From an uncultured Oscillospiraceae bacterium (GTDB lineage: Bacteria; Bacillota; Clostridia; Oscillospirales; Oscillospiraceae), in assembly GCA_934590355.1 (NCBI GenBank), contig CAKTOX010000001.1, positions 69,249 to 133,248 of the forward strand: a stretch of 64,000 nt of DNA. Direction: 5' to 3'. A model generated the notes under the pieces. It did no database searches and was not told the origin of the DNA. It worked only from the letters and a program-made list of their open reading frames with translations. Shown one piece after another: positions 62,538-64,000 of this stretch. Numbering within the stretch: position 1 is the first letter of the stretch; every line of letters begins with the position of its first letter. Position numbers and translations under genes: made by a program.

Positions 62538-63986
62538 ATGGAAGACAACAAGGTTCTTGTTCTTGACGACGTTTCGGTGCGCTACCGCAAGCAGGATTCG
62601 CGCTCAACCGCGGATATATTTAAGCGCATTCTCGGAAAAAGCCCCCGCTCCAACGAGTTCTGGGCGCTCAAAAACATCTCGTTCTCGCTTGAAAAGGGCG
62701 ATATGCTCGGCGTCATCGGCAAAAACGGCGCGGGCAAATCGACGATGATGAAGGCCATAAGCGGCACGCTCACGCCCGCCTCGGGCACGATAACGAAGGA
62801 AGGCCGCATCTGCGCTCTGCTCGAGCTCGGAACTGGCTTTGACCGCGAAATGACCGTGCGCGAAAACGTCTATCTGCGCGGTGCGTTCATGGGCTATTCC
62901 AGAGAATTCATCGACTCGAAGTACGACGAGATAATAAACTTCGCGGATATGCGGGAATTCCAAAACAGCCCCTTCCGCACACTTTCAAGCGGCATGAAAA
63001 GCCGCATAGCCTTCGCCATTGCAAGCATGGTGGAGCCGGATATTATAATCCTTGACGAGATATTCGCCGTCGGCGACGGTGATTTCCGCAAGCGCAGCCA
63101 GCAGAAGATGCAGAGCATCATCGACTCCGGCTACACGACGGCGCTCATGGTCTCGCACTCGATGCAAACCGTGCGTGAGCAGTGCAACAAGGTGCTTTGG
63201 CTCGACAAGGGCCGCATGGTCATGTTCGGCGACCCGAAAACCGTCTGCGACGCCTACGCCGAGTATCTCAACTCCGGCAAGCTGCCGCAGACGGAGGCGC
63301 TGCAAAAAACGCAGGAGAGCCCCCGCAACAAGCTCAAAAAGAGCAAGGGCAAGCTCGCCGCCGAGATCGCAGTCTACTTCATGCTCATCCTCGCCGCCAT
63401 AGCCGGCTGCTTCGTTTGGGCGCAGTATGACCTGCTCAAGTCCTACGTTCTCGCACAGAACCTCGACTCGGAGCAGATAATGCAGTCGGCGCAGAGCTAT
63501 CATTCCGAAATAGACCGGATGCTCGGAGCGGACACCTCGCGCTGGGACTACGAGATATTCACCGAGGGCGCGCAGAGGATAATTGCCGAGGAGGCGACCT
63601 ACACTGACGTCGCCAAGGAGGTGCTGCTCCAGTCCGGCAACCTCAGCCGTGAGCAGTACAAAAAGACGCTTGCCGCCGCCGAAATAGAGGCGATAAAATA
63701 TTCCCACATGGCGCGGCTGGACGCTCTCGTTGAGCAGATACGCGCGGAATTCGCAGCCCAGCCCGAGGGCAAATACCGCAGTCTCATGGTCTATGCCTAT
63801 CTCAATTGCGACAGGTTCTACGAGCTTGAGGAGGCCTGCGAAAACGACATGCAAAAGGTCATCGAGGAAATTCGCTCATTCCAGCGCAAGGCGGGCGAGC
63901 CGGAGGAGCTTGCCGACCACGTTTGGAACGCCTACAAGGCGGAGAAAACGTATCTTCTGTCATACTACTGCGTAAAGCTCAGGTAA
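62538..63986 (+). CDS. tagH: polymer-export ABC ATPase (TagH-like) with a TM helix and a ~190-aa C-terminal extension
   Basis: 482 aa from ATG 62538 (GGAGGG RBS); GKNGAGKST, LSSGMKSRIAFAIA, IIILDEIF; then AAEIAVYFMLILAAIAGCFVWA and a helical domain. Confidence 0.8.
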   Translation: MEDNKVLVLDDVSVRYRKQDSRSTADIFKRILGKSPRSNEFWALKNISFSLEKGDMLGVIGKNGAGKSTMMKAISGTLTPASGTITKEGRICALLELGTGFDREMTVRENVYLRGAFMGYSREFIDSKYDEIINFADMREFQNSPFRTLSSGMKSRIAFAIASMVEPDIIILDEIFAVGDGDFRKRSQQKMQSIIDSGYTTALMVSHSMQTVREQCNKVLWLDKGRMVMFGDPKTVCDAYAEYLNSGKLPQTEALQKTQESPRNKLKKSKGKLAAEIAVYFMLILAAIAGCFVWAQYDLLKSYVLAQNLDSEQIMQSAQSYHSEIDRMLGADTSRWDYEIFTEGAQRIIAEEATYTDVAKEVLLQSGNLSREQYKKTLAAAEIEAIKYSHMARLDALVEQIRAEFAAQPEGKYRSLMVYAYLNCDRFYELEEACENDMQKVIEEIRSFQRKAGEPEELADHVWNAYKAEKTYLLSYYCVKLR

Positions 63987-64000
63987 GAATATTTAAGCGT

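Noticed and set aside
1-64000. Search by eye for CRISPR arrays, IS elements, integrases, prophage or toxin-antitoxin modules and rRNA genes.
   Set aside because: I saw no regularly spaced direct repeats, no transposase, recombinase or phage structural signatures in any frame, and no rRNA-like sequence. The two tRNAs are not flanked by integrase genes or obvious attachment-site repeats.

Overview
This is a 64-kb, densely coding chromosomal window with about 58 protein genes, 2 tRNAs and 1 long SRP RNA. Coding DNA is GC-rich and the intergenic spacers are AT-rich. The gene content fits an anaerobic high-GC Firmicute (Clostridia), though the taxon is inference only: Bacillus-type SRP RNA-dnaX-ybaB, Rex, NiaR, a membrane pyrophosphatase, TagF/G/H-like genes and HgdAB-family enzymes. 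I saw no CRISPR array, transposase, integrase or prophage genes.

Two regions stand out.

(1) 2.15-11.17 kb holds three diverged paralogous copies of a three-gene cassette. Each has a ~400-aa HgdB-like subunit, a ~510-520-aa HgdA-like subunit of the 2-hydroxyacyl-CoA dehydratase/benzoyl-CoA reductase family, and a conserved ~50-aa single-pass membrane mini-protein; one mini-protein is missing from the ORF track. Each cassette has its own promoter and terminator and apparently its own control element: a TetR with two matching 17-bp palindromes, an unassigned 11-bp inverted repeat, and a divergent GntR with a promoter-embedded palindrome. No activase ATPase, CoA-transferase or acyl-CoA dehydrogenase occurs anywhere in the window.

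(2) 51.9-64 kb is a cell-surface polymer locus that looks more AT-rich by eye. It has a TagF-like glycerophosphotransferase, a TagG/TagH-like exporter, a small nucleotidyltransferase-like gene and three sugar-transfer-associated ATP-grasp ligases. Two of these ligases are divergent didomain paralogs with a degenerate N-terminal copy. One ligase is co-operonic with an N5-(carboxyethyl)ornithine-synthase-like dehydrogenase, MoaA and a MOSC protein.

Smaller items:
- a NiaR operator-like 34-bp palindrome in front of a PfoR/EIIC-like permease next to pncB-niaR
- a P1B-type ATPase that has lost its CPC and TGE motifs
- a transglutaminase-DUF4358-MBOAT-DHHW operon
- an XRE/S24 repressor operon with a degenerate DUF3267 protein
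- a plsC-ABC-ABC-SDR operon

All family calls come from motif recognition by eye. No database search or computation was run, and RNA and regulatory-site ends are approximate.
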